NCBI GenBank assembly: GCA_951406725.2
Contig: OX597832.1
Span: 61,318,001-61,382,000, forward strand
Source of the DNA: Octopus vulgaris
Taxonomy: Eukaryota
Length of the DNA: 64,000 nucleotides
Reading direction: 5' to 3'
Shown: piece after piece, positions 41,819 to 55,934 of the stretch
How positions within the stretch are numbered: position 1 is the stretch's first letter
Layout: every line of letters begins with the position of its first letter
Program-made: the position numbers and the translations under genes
Notes under the pieces: model-generated
Database searches by the model: none
The model's input: only the letters and a program-made list of their open reading frames with translations
Told to the model about the DNA's origin: nothing

Positions 41819-42639
41819 TGTCCATCCATTCACCTAACCATCCACCCACCTACCCGTTCATATATACATACAAATATTACGCGCATAGATCCATGCATAT
41901 TTTATAGACACCTACATTTCTATTATCGACTGAATTTATTTGAAAATTATTAGTGTATGTGCGCAGAAATATGAATGTTCAAAAATATATTTAACGTAGG
42001 ATGTTTTGGTTGGTGGTGGTAGTTGGTAGGTGGGGGAGTGTACATGTAAGTATACATACATACCAATTAAAAAAATGAAAAGCAAGAAACAAAAAAGAAA
42101 CAAAAATTGAAATCAACTGACGCATGCACGTTTCTGTATAAATATACGTAGTTGCTTTGGTGTGTGTTTCGGCTTGTCAATTGGTCTGTTTCTTGTGTAG
42201 GAGTGAAGAGAATGGTTTTGCTTATGTAAACACATATTTACAATATCTATTGTATTTTACAATTCCAAAGAATTCCTTTCGCTGTCTTTGCTATATTTCT
42301 TTATTTTTATTTCACTGTATTTCGTTGTATCTTTTGTGTTTTTTTTCTTTTTGTTCGGTGTTTGTTTTTGTGATTTACAAAGATTTTCGTTCTGTCTTTT
42401 TCGCTTTTCTCTTCGTTGTGTTTGTCTGAGAAATTATGACTGTGAGGTCATGTTCTTTTGCAGAAGACTATAATCTAAACAAATCCGTTTGACTCGCTTA
42501 AAGTATTTCTCCTGTATTGCTTGTCTCTTTCCGTCTTCTTTTTCTTGTTCTTGTAAGATTTGGTCATTTGCATTTCTTGACTGAATGTAATTTTGCCGTT
42601 TATATTATCAAATAGGTTTATTGATTGATTTTCTGCGGC

Positions 42640-43090
42640 GAGAGAGAGAGAGCGAGATGGAGAGAGAGGGGGTAGATAGAGACAGACAGGCAGAGAGGGA
42701 GAGAGGAGAAAGAGAGGAAGTCAGAATGAGGGAGAAACAGAGATAGAAAGAGGAGAGAGACACAAAGAGAGAGAGAGAGAGAGAGAGAAAACAGAGTGAA
42801 AGAGAGAGAGAGAGAGAGAGAGAAAACAGAGTGAAAGAGAGAGAGGGAGAGAGAGAGAGAGAGAGAAGAGTGAAAGAGGAAAAGAAAGAGAAAGGGAAGC
42901 CGAGAGAGAAAAGAGAAAAAAAGAGAAAGTGATAGAAAAAGAGAACGAAAGGGAGAGAGAAAAGAAAAGAGACAGAAAGATAAAAAGAGGACGGGGAAAA
43001 GAAGACAGAGAGAAAGAGGGAAAAGAGGAGAGAGAGAGAGAGAGAGGGCAGGAGAAAGAGGGAGAGAGAGAGAGAGAGAGAGAAAGAAAG
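42640..43090. repeat. (GA)n-rich tract
   Basis: Directly visible. Confidence 0.9.
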
Positions 43091-43327
43091 GACTAAAGAA
43101 ATGACAAATTGTTAAAAATTTACTTCGCAGCCATGTGTTCCAGGGTTCGTTTCTGCTGTAAATATAATTTTCTCTCACCCCTGGATCGACTCATTCTTTG
43201 CAAGTAAAATTGGGCTGACGGAAACTGTATGGAATCCCATCGTATTGATTACACCTGTAATTTAAAATATACAGCCTTCTCATTCAAACTCTGTCGCCTC
43301 AATCCTGCATGAGAACTTTAAAATGAG

Positions 43328-43625
43328 GGTCCCAGCTGATACGATCAACGGAACAGCTTGCTCGTGAAATTAACGTGCAAATGGCTGAGCATTCCACAGA
43401 CACGTGTACCCTTAACGTAGTTCTCGGGGATAATCAGCGTGACACAGAGAGTGACAAGGCTGACCCTTTGAATTACAAGTACAACTTATTTTTGCCAGCT
43501 GAGTGGACTGGAGCAACGTGAAAGAAAGTGACTTGCTCAAGGACACAACGCGTCGCCGGGAATCGAACTCACAACCTTACGATCATGAGCCGAATGCCCT
43601 AACCACTAAGCCACGCGCCCTCACG
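43328..43625 (-). mobile_element. SINE family C, well-preserved copy
   Basis: Reverse complement GTGAGGGCGCGTGGCTTAGTGGTTAGGG (A box), GAGTTCGATTCCC (B box), GTGTCCTTGAGCAAG. Confidence 0.9.
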
Positions 43626-45751
43626 CATGAGAACTACCGATAAGGTTACGCGTGTCTGCATAGTACTCAGCGATTTACACGTTGATTCAAGGGTAAGTAA
43701 TTCAATTGCTATCAAACAACTGAAATCTCATCCTCAAATGGAGACTTTCTTCCTCTAATCTTCTACACTTCATAGAAAGGAAGGACTTAGCAAATGGTTA
43801 TATCGAGATGCTTCGTCAACGGTGCAAACTAGAGGTTCTCAAACTTTTTGGGCCACCCACCTCATGGTCACATAATACCCTCAGCGTCCCACTATTATTT
43901 TATGTATAAATATATATTTTAGATTTTACTATTTTATATATATTATGAATCATTTGGTAATTAATATAATATTATATAATTTGTATACAATACTATAATA
44001 ATATTTAATAAATTCATAGTGTACCCCCAATCCACTGCCTCATAGCGTACCCCAATCCAATGCCTCCTTTTCTCTACTATTCTCCACCGCCTCCTTAGGC
44101 ACCAGTGCTCATCTGGACCATTTCAGGCCCACCGGGGGGTATAAACGGACTAAGTGCGAGTCGGCATTTCCTTATCACGTCCTCGGCGAGGCCATTCGTT
44201 TCCTTTTAGTTGTCTCCTTCTTTAAATGCTTCTTCCTCAATCGCTCATCCAACCCGGCCACTAAATACACTGTAGTTGTTTTTGTTTAGCATTTCATCAT
44301 AGGCGTTCCAGACATGACTGTCCCATCTTCTATTCCGATTTAATATATCTAGAACTGCATAAGTGCAACGTAGTCTGCCGTTTCTCCGTCATTGTCATCG
44401 TTATCGCCATTGTCATCGCTGTCATTGCTGTGGTTGTTCTTTTGGGTTAAACCAAGATTTCATTCAAGAAAACTTACGGCCAAACTCTTCTCATTCGCGG
44501 TCACACTATATTCCTTCATCCTCAAATGTGCTCGTACTATTTTATCTCTTGCGATCTTCATTCTTAGCAAAGTTAGTTGGTATTTTAGGGAGGTTTCGAT
44601 GCTGCTTCTAGCATGTTAATCCCTCTCTATTGGCGCATATTGGTTTATTTGTTGTTGTTTAATCCTTGTCCAGTCAGTCTTAATACAGCACCCCTATGAT
44701 CACACAATTCAATATGTCCTTCAGTTTAAAGAAAATTAATGACTGATATGAGTGAAATTTCGGTGCTATTAATTGCAGAACCGGAAGCTACTTACAGGCT
44801 TTGAAGTAGGTATATGTTTCTAATTAACGATGATCATGAGTTCAAATTCCGCAAAGGCCAAGTTTGTTATTTATGTCGATAAAATAAAGTACCAGACAAA
44901 TATTGGGATCAATATTACTGACTCTCCTCAAAATTGCTGGCCTTGTGCCTAAAACAGAAACCATTATGAAGCAGCAAGATGGAAGAATCTTTAGTGCGTT
45001 GCGATATATATATATATATACAGATAGATAGATAAGCATATATACATACGTATACGTACGTACATACATGTATACGTATATACATATGCATATTTGGGCA
45101 CAGAACTTCTCAAAACATAAAGAACGAAAAACATGGAGTACGAGGACATGGAATGAGGGCTTTTCTTTTGCAAGCAATGAAAGAAACAAATGGAAAACAA
45201 GGCAAGAAACACAAGGAACGACTCTTCATCAGTTGTCGGCTGTTTTTCTAATCCGTATTTCGAGCCGAGCAATTCACGATATATATATATATACACGTAT
45301 GAGTGTGTGTGTGTTGTATATGTGTATGTATGTATGTATGTATGTATGTATGTATGTATGTATGTATGTATGTATGTATGTATGTATGTATGTATGTGTG
45401 TGTATGTATGTATGTATATGTGTAATTATATATGCATATAAGGCATTGGCCAATGCAGGCTTAGAAAACACTGGCCTGAGATGCGTGAGATGATGCTGAA
45501 CTCGAATCTATGTGGTTTCGAAACAAATTGTTAACCATATAGCCATGTTGAACCTTTTATGCACAACAAAGCATTGTGTGTGTGTGTGTGGTGGGGGTGA
45601 ACTGTGAAGATGTGCGTTAAAAATTCTTTATCAATTAAAATTTCTCTTCTTATTTGATATATATATATATATATATACATACATACAGACAGACATATAT
45701 ATATATATATGTGTGTGTATACATATATATCTATATCTATATTTATATCTA

Positions 45752-45885
<134 letters not shown>

Positions 45886-46419
45886 CTAAGCAAAACAAAG
45901 ACACAAAGCCCCAGTGGTTATCGTCTGAAACAAAAGGGGAGATGATATCAATAAGTTATGAATTAATTTCAGAAAATTTATTTACATTCTCCGGGGTGAA
46001 AAGAAAATTTGATCTTTGTTTCCAAGTCAAGAAGAGCGCCGTGTATATTTGTATGCATTGTGTAACAGTTAAAACCAATGGGGAAGTTATTTGATTACTA
46101 AAGATTAACCATTTTACAATGACCAACGAATAATAGACAACAAATAACACGTGTTTGTCAGGTCACCTCCTATGGTTCTACTTTCACTTTCTTTTTCAGG
46201 CAACGGTCTATAGTTACTCGTGTAACGTAATTATAATCTTCGTTATTACTTTTTTGTTATTGCTGTTATTTTGTTGTTGTTTTTGTTGTTCTTATCGTCA
46301 CTTTTATGGTTGTTTACTGTTGTTGTTGTTGTTGTTGTTAATGGTGATGTAGATGTTTTTTCGTGCTGCTCTTGTTGTTTATTACTGCTTTCGGTGTTAA
46401 GGGTTGAACCCATTGGTAA

Positions 46420-46444
46420 TGCTGCTACAACTACTACTACTACA

Positions 46445-46476
<32 letters not shown>

Positions 46477-46529
46477 GACTACGACTACTACTACTGCTGC
46501 TACTACTATTATTACTACTGCTGCTATGT

Positions 46530-46560
<31 letters not shown>

Positions 46561-46567
46561 GCTGCTG

Positions 46568-46602
<35 letters not shown>

Positions 46603-46663
46603 GCTGCTGCTGCTACTACTACTACTACTACTAATACTACTACTACTACTACTGCTGCTGCTG

Positions 46664-46736
<73 letters not shown>

Positions 46737-47285
46737 CGTTGAAGCATTTATTGTTGATTCAGATGTTTCGTATAAGTTTACAAATTAATATTGCTGTTAT
46801 TTTTGTTTTTGCCTTTATTGTAATATTTTCCCCCTTCACTGGTTCTGGTGGTGGTGGTGGTTGTGTTTGTAACAATGGTTCTGGTGGTTGTTGTGATTCT
46901 TGTGGTAGTTGTTGTGATGTGGTGGTGGTGGTCGTCGTGGTGTTGGTGCTGATGGTGATGGTGGTGATAGTGTTGCTCTTGTTGTTGTTGTTGATGGTGG
47001 TGGTGATGGTAGTATTGATGGTGGCAGCGGTTGTAGAAGTGTTGGTGGTTGTGGTGGTGAAGATATTTAGTATTAGTGGTGGTGGTAATTGTGATAGTGA
47101 TCGTGTTGACGGTGATGGTGGTGGTGGTAGCGGTGGCAGTGGTAGTTGTCTTTGGCGGTGGTGGTGATGGTGGTGATTATGGTGGTAGTGGTTATCTTTA
47201 TTCGTGCCATTGTTGTTGTTGTTGTTGTTGTTATTATTATTGTTATTGTTGTTGTTATTATTATTGTTATTGTTGTTGTTGTTGT
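46420..47285. repeat. (CTA/CTG)n and (GGT/GTT/GAT)n microsatellite mosaic
   Basis: Explains ORFs 46271..47167 and 46759..47370. Confidence 0.9.
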
Positions 47286-47783
47286 GTCCCGATACTTCTT
47301 CGTCTTTGATGAGGTCAGTGTCAATAAGTGCTGATGAGATGATGCCAATAAGCGGTGATGTCTCTGTCACTCACTCTCTCTCTCTCTCTCTCTGTGTGTC
47401 TTAATCACCAAGGTGTGGAAAGATAAGAACCGCGGCAACGAACGCCAAAATTGTTGCGTTTCGTTTTGATTGATATCGATTACGTTAGTTTTGACAGAAC
47501 ATCAACATCCTACTCACCTCATATGCGCGCGCACGCATCCACGCACTTGCTTAGACCCAAAATACACACACAGACACATACACACACACACACACACCAC
47601 GCACATATATATATATATATAGAAGTGTGAGACCGAAATCAAGGGAAGTCACAATTATTATTACAATGAACATCTCTACCAAAAACACCACCAGCACCAG
47701 CGCCACCACCACCACTACCATCATTATTTATTTTAATAACAATAATAGTAATAATAATAATAATAATAATAATTATTATTATT

Positions 47784-47863
<80 letters not shown>

Positions 47864-47954
47864 TATTATTATTATTATCGCCATCCTCCTCCTCCTCATT
47901 ATTATCATTATTATTAATATTGTTATTATTATCATTATTATTATTATCATTATT

Positions 47955-48276
47955 ATTTTTATGTTTGACTTTTGCTCTACATTTGTACAAGTTGGCTCCA
48001 AATCTCACCCAGAGACCTCAAGAGACAACAGGTTGGATGTTCATGTTGGTGTTATGCCTAGGGTGCCATATATTTGGTTTTGTACATAGTGTTGTTCTAG
48101 AGAATGCTTAAGAAACCATAAGACAATTGTTTGTTTTAAAACTTGAGATTACATAGAAAGTATTTTGCGTAGGTTATGGGCACTATCTTTTGAATTTCTG
48201 CCATTTTGGGGTTTCCTGGTGTCTGAACTAGGTAGCAATCAGCCCCTTATGCTATCATTCCCAGGGCACATATGAC
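47955..48276 (-). mobile_element. R4/Dong-like LINE 3' end (ORF end, 3' UTR and TAA tail)
   Basis: VICALGMIA*GADCYLVQTPGNPKMAEIQKIV..HNLRKILSM* then UTR; same family as 34240-34372. Confidence 0.82.
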
Positions 48277-48298
48277 TATGATTATTATTATTATTATT

Positions 48299-48837
48299 GA
48301 GTGAGCGAGCAGAGCATGCCATCAAAGTGACACTGAGGTAAAATATACGAAGCCCAGTATACCCATCATGACTACCCGTCTGATAAGGGTACACCAGGCA
48401 CATGCATCACAACCATATGTGCGCGACATGGTGATCTCATATCAAGATAAACAGCACATGACCTTGCAGGTGGAGCCCAGTTAGAATTTTCTTCAGATCG
48501 AGTAACCCATCCCGCTCAAAAGGTCCCTGAATAAGGGTTGTTTAAGGACGTTGAACGAAACACCCATGTTTCCAGAGGTGAATTATTCAAACCCCAAAGA
48601 ATCCTTCTCAACACATGGCTATGATGCTCCCCCACTACTTCTGCTCGTGATCAGAGATGCACATATCGTCAGCCACTAAGGGACATGCTCAACTGGTTAA
48701 GGTCAAACAACTGACAAGCAAATCTGTGGTATTGAGCAGAATATTTGCTGTAGCCCATCTTTTATACCAAGACAAAACAATGTACATGATAACACCTCCA
48801 ATCAGTTAAGATCAGAAGCCATGAGAGCCACTGCCTG
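48299..48837 (-). mobile_element. ~540-bp (TAA)n-tailed non-coding retroelement
   Basis: Near-identical tandem copy at 48907-49439; (ATT)n on both sides. Confidence 0.9.
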
Positions 48838-48906
<69 letters not shown>

Positions 48907-49438
48907 GAGTGAGAGAGCAGTTCATGCCATCAAAGTGACACTGGGGTAAAATATACGAAGCCCAATATACCCATCATGACTACCCGTCTGATAAGGGTAC
49001 ACCAGGCACATGCATCACAACCATATGTGCGCGACATGGTGATCTCATATCAAGATAAACAGCACATGACCTTGCAGGTGGGGCCCAGTTAGAATTTTCT
49101 TCAGGTTAAGTAGCCCATCCCGCTCGAACGGTCCCTGAATAAGGGTTGTTTAAGGATGTTGAAAAAAACACCCATGTTTCCAGAGGTGAATTATTCAAAC
49201 CCCAAAGAATCTCTCTCAACACATGGCTATGATGCTCCCCCACTACTTCTGCTCGTGATCAGAGATGCACATATCGTCAGCCACTAAGGGACATGCTCAA
49301 CTGGTGAAGGTCAAACAACTGACAAGCAAATCTGTGGTATTGAGCAGAATATTTGCTGTAGCCCATCTTTTATACCAAGACAAAACAATGTACATGATAA
49401 CACTTCCAATCAGTTAAGATCAGAAGCCATGAGAGCCA

Positions 49439-49439
<1 letters not shown>
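48907..49439 (-). mobile_element. ~535-bp (TAA)n-tailed non-coding retroelement
   Basis: Second tandem copy; see 48299-48837. Confidence 0.9.
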
Positions 49440-49529
<90 letters not shown>

Positions 49530-49531
<2 letters not shown>

Positions 49532-50820
49532 ATTGCCTTTGCACAGCTTCTAATGCTGGTGATGTACTACGGTGTCAGTTGTTCACTACCACTGAAGTAA
49601 GGTAACACCTCTTATTTTTCGAGCACCTTCCGGAGTATTCGAGCGGTCACAAGCAGTGCTGTTTTCTGCAAGTGCTCCATCCTTATTGCAGCCCCTATTT
49701 GTTCCTCCTACTTCTCGAGATTTTTGCTCACTGTTCCCAGGGTTCCGACAATTATTGGTACTACTGCTACCTATTTCATCGACCACAATTGTTTTACCTC
49801 CCAAGCTAACCTGTCATATCTCTCAACTTTCTTCCTTATCGCAAACCTTGTTGTCGCATACCTTGTTATCTATGATCCAGCATAGTTTGTTTTCTTTCTC
49901 AATTAAGACTATGCCTGGTTTCCTATTCTCTATCTCATGGTCGTACTGAATCCTAAAATCCCATAGGATCATTGTATTTCTATTTTCGACGATGCCTTCA
50001 GGTTTGTGGTTGTACCAATTTTTTGCTCTGTCAAGTTCATACGAGTTGCAAAGTGTCCAATGGACAATCCAGGCTATAATGTCGAGGCGTCTCATATTTC
50101 TTCTGAACTTGTGACGTACATTGGCTGGCAATATGCCATACGGTTTCACCGTTTTGTCCACAGATTCTGCACTTATCACTTTCAGCTGTGTAGTCTAGTC
50201 TGTATTTTATGTAGTTTGTTCTTAGTGCTTGCTCTTGGGCAGCTCCGATTAGAGCCTTCGTTTCCGGTTTTAAATCTGTCTGTCTTCAACATCCTCATGA
50301 AATTGACCATACATTGTTTTCTTTACCCACCTATTTCCAGTTTCCTTCGTTTTCAATTTCTTGTATAGTGTTTTATCTTTGCAATCTTTCATCCTACACA
50401 AGCCTGATCTTCCTTCTTCTAAAAATAGCGGTTCTGTGGTATCTTTAACATACCATGCTATGTTGTTTCTTCTGCTCTAATACTGTGTTCGCATCCAATA
50501 AGTCCTCTTCCCTCTCTTTATCTTGGTAATCTCTTTATCAAAAGTTTCTTTGTTGGAGTTCCTGGAGTCTTGCATGCGTAGCGGGCTTACTACCTACAGC
50601 CTACGGTACCATGATATTCGTTCTTTTCAGCTATCTAATACTATCCTCATTATTCTGGCTGTGCCAAGGTGGCAAAGCTTTTGTAATAGTTCTACTGGGC
50701 ACTGTATTCAAATTTCTTTTATATTCCTTTTGATGCCTTCTGATACTGTTCTTGAGGACCCAACAATAATTGGCAGTCTTCAACTTTTTCATAGCCGCAC
50801 TATTTCGTACTTAAGAGGGC
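49530..50820 (-). mobile_element. decayed R4/Dong-like LINE fragments
   Basis: IVHWTLCNSY...WYNHKPEGIVEN...ILWDFRIQYDHEIENRKPGIVLIEK (restriction-like endonuclease region). Confidence 0.85.
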
Positions 50821-50823
50821 TTG

Positions 50824-50958
<135 letters not shown>

Positions 50959-51074
50959 TCACATTCCTTGACTTTTTGCTTGTTGTTGTTGTTGTTGATA
51001 TTATTATCATTATTATTATTATCACCATTATTATTATTATTATTATTATCATCATTATTATTATTATTATAATT

Positions 51075-51105
<31 letters not shown>

Positions 51106-51133
51106 TTATTATTATCATTATTATTATTATCAC

Positions 51134-51214
<81 letters not shown>

Positions 51215-51410
51215 AGCGGTGAGTTGACAGAGCCGTTAGTACGCCAGGCAAAATGCTTAGCGGTACTTCGTCTGTGTTTACCTTACCTTCTGAGTTCAAA
51301 TTCTGCCGGGGCCGACTTTGCCTTGCATCGTACCGAAGTCGATAAAATAAGTACTAGTTATGCACTGGGATCGATGACTTCGCCTTGCTCCCTCGCCGAT
51401 ATTTCAGCCT
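51215..51410 (+). mobile_element. SINE family A
   Basis: GCGGTGAGTTGACAGAGCCGTTAG...TTCTGAGTTCAAATTCTGCCG. Confidence 0.75.
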
Positions 51411-52185
51411 ATGATTATTATCGTCGTTGCTGTTGTTGTTGTTAGTGGTGGTGGTGTCGCATCGTATAAACTTCTTAGTCGGGTTTCTTCCGATTCTTTA
51501 CGTCCTGACTTCAAATGTCACCGACGTCAGTTGCTCCTTTCTACTTTTCGGTTTCGATAAAAAAAAAATGGAAGACCAATCACTTACTAAGATCTCTTGA
51601 ATCGACGCCTCCTCCCCACATCCTTGAAATTGCTGGCCTATGCCGACATTTGAATTGTTGGCCTTGTGTCAGTTATTATAACTATCTTGTTGTTGTTGTT
51701 GTTCATTCTGTTTTGTAGCATCCTCTTCGTATCTTGCCATGGATGTTACATCGACATTTCATAACATCACTTATAAAACAAACAAGATGTCTGTCTGTGA
51801 CTCATCTGTAATCTCTCTCACTGTTTCTCTGTCTGAATTGCACATATAGATACATACGCTCATATGACTTGAGTATCCATATCAACACGTTCGTGCGCTT
51901 GCGTGTATATATGTGTATGTATGTATGCATATACATACACACAAGCATGTTTGGTTTTATGTCAGATGTATGTATAATTTTATGTCAGTTTGTACGTATA
52001 TGAACAATTTAACTTTAAACAGGCAAATCACTGAATAGATTTTTGCAATAGCTTTCATAGCTTTCTATCAAACCGCCTTTGAGAACTGATTCTGCGGTCC
52101 ACCCACATCACATCTATCCGCCAGACGAAAAAGAAAACGCCAAGAACAGCAACAACAAAAAACCCAGCCAAATATATAAAAATAA

Positions 52186-52230
52186 ACACGTCTGAGGAAG
52201 GCGAGTCAGCCGAAACTTCAGAGTCTGTGT
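52186..52230 (+). ncRNA. type I hammerhead ribozyme, GUC cleavage triplet
   Basis: ACACG-T-CTGAGGA-A-GGC-GAGTCA-GCC-GAAA-CT-TCAG-AG-TC-TGTGT; all conserved core nucleotides present; predicted cut after 52225. Confidence 0.72.
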
Positions 52231-52250
52231 AGTTTCATTATGAAATATAT

Positions 52251-52349
<99 letters not shown>

Positions 52350-52474
52350 ATGCTTATCGTTATATACACGCATACACACGTATATATATATATGATTCTT
52401 TATAAACCCCCGCAAACACACACACACACACATATATATATTATATATAATATATATACATATATATATACATA

Positions 52475-52511
<37 letters not shown>

Positions 52512-52603
52512 TAAACATATCTATCTATAAATGTTTATATTTATCTATACATTTATCTATATAGTTTTCTCTCTGTCTATCTCCCTCTGTCTCTCTCTCT
52601 CTC

Positions 52604-52663
<60 letters not shown>

Positions 52664-54039
52664 TGACTGTGCGTGTTTCTTTTTATTTACAAGAGTCCAG
52701 GTGCGTATGATGTCTTTCTCTAACCGAACCGATAATCACTCAACAGTTGTATTGAATTATCCAAATTTCAGTGAGGACCAAATGATACAAACATTTCTTT
52801 CAAAAGTGAAACCAATGCAAAAAGTATCTCACGAGAAAACAATAGACCAGACATCTCCCCCCCCACACACACACACTCACACCCACACCCACCCACCCCA
52901 ACACATACCCCACACACACACTCACACACACACAGTGACTGTCACACAATCACACACACAAATATTGATACACAACCACCGGCTCTATACACAGATGTAC
53001 ACAAACATAAAAAGTGAATGCAAGTCTAGATATTTCACATACTATAATGTGTGCGTATATACAAATTTTGTATACTTATATTTATTATCATATATACTAT
53101 ATTTATATCATGCATCAATAAAATGTAAACTAATATTTTCTGGAAACCCTATCTATGAAGTATAGAATATATTATCTAACGGTCGGTTGCATCAAAATAG
53201 TTTGAATTTTTTTATTAGGGAAAAAAGTTCCTTTATTTCATCATTTCTTTTGATATGAAATACTTCTATAAACGAAATTCAGAAAATCAAAGAATTTCTT
53301 CTACAAAAGGAATTAGAAAAGAATCAAATTAATTTAGAAATTAATTCAAATCTGAAATTCAAGTAAGTCAATAGGAATCCTCAAGAATGGTCGAGCTATC
53401 TGCTAGATTTGGCTGTCCTTTCGACCTCAAATCACACCCGACTGATGGCAAGACAAGCCATACTAGATGTTCTTTAATTCCAACGTCGTCTGTTTATTGC
53501 ATGAATTAGCCTTGTAATTCCATCAATAAGTGATTTACTGATTTAAAAGTAGGGCAAGGTAGCGATCTCGTTCATAGCATGCTCTCCTCCTGGTTCGAAG
53601 GCTTGGCTGCTTGAACTAAAACTAACACGACACTGTCGGAAGGTGGACCAAAACTAAGCGCCCTTCCCCTCCATTGATCTGTTGAAGCTTAGACAGCGTT
53701 ACGTGACAGTCAGCTGCTGCTGGCTGTTGGAGCCTACCGGCGGGCATTTGATGGGAAATTTTGCAGGATGGTCAGTCGCCCGCTGACATTTGTTGACGCT
53801 GTATCCAAGAAACCGCCGAACAAAAAAAATGAAGAAAGAAAAAAACGCACTCAACACTAGATTTGAAGACACCTCCGAAAGTGTGTATCTGTTGGGTGGG
53901 GTAGGGTGGGATGGTCGCCACGTCGAAAACAGTAGAGGAGTAGGGGCGAAACTGGATGTGGTTCCTTTCTAGCCACTGGATCCTATAAAGGAGCTGTCGA
54001 GGTAGCGATCCACGAAACGTGGTTGGAATTCCTCATCTG

Positions 54040-55130
54040 CTGGCTCTGTTTTTCTTCTTTCAGTTCTTGCATTCTCCAACTGTCACTCTTTGGGCAACTC
54101 AAGCTTCCAATATTATTCTTTCTTCACTCGGCATAACATAGCTTTTACTATCCAGTATCAAAGTGTAAACAGTACATTTTGCGTTTCGTAATCCTCTACC
54201 TCCTCCATTTCTTTCTAGGTAGACTCCTTCGGCATTACTTTTAAGCCGGTGGGCCTCGTGCATTGCATGCAACTTCCTAGTTCGATTCAAGTTCTGTAGC
54301 TCGACCTTTGTCGAAAAGTATCAGAGTATTTTGATGCTGGCATAACTCTTGTACTTGCTGCTTTAATGATATTTCCTCCGTTTATTTTCATTGCGAGCAC
54401 CTTCCTTTTAGAGATTTTCTGTGTTACTTCTATTATTTCTATCGTCATGCTGTACAACGAGGTATTCGTATCCTCACTGTTCCACAGTGTTCCAATATGC
54501 TAATCCTCGGTTTGTTGCATGAATTGGTCATGTAATTCCATTTCTTTTCTTCTCCTTGCTCTGCTGTTGTTTCCCCTGTTCTTGAATTCTCCTACTGTTT
54601 CAATAATTTCCTGGGCTTCTCCATCTGCCTTTCTTGCAGTAATTTATGCACCATACTTTATCTGTCAGTCTCTTTTCATAATTAACACTGCGCAGTTATT
54701 TCTCCCCAAACTACGTTCTAAGGTCCTTGTTGAATGCTCTTGATGTTTCAATCAGAGAATCCACGTCTTTTTCATATTGTGTATATAGTTTGAGGTCGTC
54801 AATGTACAGTAGGTGGTTTATTCTCACTTTGGTTTTGGTAAACCCAGAGACAAGTCTAGAATTTCTCATTGTACTTGTCTGAGTAGGCATTAATGACGAA
54901 GAGGTGTGGGGAGAGTGAGTCATCTGGAAGAACCCCGCTGCGTATTTCTCGCTGTCTAACGATTCATTTACGCATGTCACTTCTAACTCTTGCAATCTCA
55001 TTGCTTTTTATTTTCCAAAAAGCTGTTTACACCCACATTTCATGCGAGCACCCTTAGGCACTCTAAGAGCCTGGAACATTGACGTAAGACTTCCTGTAAT
55101 CTATCCAGCCAACATCTTAATTCTTCTTTC
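54040..55130 (-). mobile_element. decayed R4/Dong-like LINE RT fragment
   Basis: INHLLYIDDLKLY (YxDD motif), TRKL..MH.AH...LERNGGGRGL. Confidence 0.85.
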
Positions 55131-55199
55131 TCACTCACGCCTCATTCATGATCATCATCATGATCATCATCATTATTGTTATTATTATTAGAGAGGCGA

Positions 55200-55808
55200 G
55201 CAGGCGGAGAGCTGCTAGAATCGTTAGCACACCGAACGAAAGGCTTAGTGCTATTTCGTTCGTCTTCACGTTCAGAGTTCAAAATCCGCCGAAGTCGACT
55301 TTGCCTTTCATCCTTTCGCAGTCGATAAAATAAGTACCAGTTGAATACTGGGGTCGATGTAATCGACTAAGCCCCTTCCCGAAATTTTAGGCCTTGTTCC
55401 TAAAGTAGAAAAGAATATTTCGGCAGCGTGCTGGCAGAATCAGTAGCACATCAGGCAAACTGCTTAGCGGCATTTCATCTGTCTTTACGTTCTGATTTCA
55501 AATTCCGACAAGGACTTTGCCTTTGAGCTGGAGGTCGATAGAATTGATTACCCCCCCTCAAATTGCTGGCCTTGTGCCAAGACGTGAAAGGAAAGGCGGC
55601 GAGCTAGCAGAGTGGCTAGCATGCCGGTAAGATTGCTGAGCGACATTTCGTCCTCTATGTTTTGAGTTCAATTCCACCGAGGTCAACTTTATCTTTCATC
55701 CTTTTAGGGTCGATAAAATAAGTACCAGTTGAACAGTGTGGGTCGATATAATCGACGAAACCTCTTCACCAAAATTTCAGGCCTTGTGCCTATAGTAGAA
55801 AGGATTAT
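55200..55808 (+). mobile_element. three tandem family A SINEs
   Basis: Heads at ~55202, ~55422 and ~55595 with the shared core. Confidence 0.85.
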
Positions 55809-55835
55809 TATTATTATTATTACTATTTCTATTAC

Positions 55836-55932
<97 letters not shown>

Positions 55933-55934
55933 CA

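Noticed and set aside
43555-43625. tRNA gene
   Set aside because: A and B boxes belong to a SINE head that continues into the SINE body
45220-45266. Permuted (type II-like) hammerhead, GGCUC-GAAA...CUGAUGA-A-GAGUC on the minus strand
   Set aside because: Helix II pairs but helix I cannot form and helix III is only 2 bp
46271-47370. Long overlapping ORFs of 298 and 203 aa
   Set aside because: Trinucleotide repeat mosaic open by composition
53550-54030. Possible coding exon in a GC-richer stretch
   Set aside because: No sustained frame or splice-site pair; more likely a decayed retroelement, though I could not classify it
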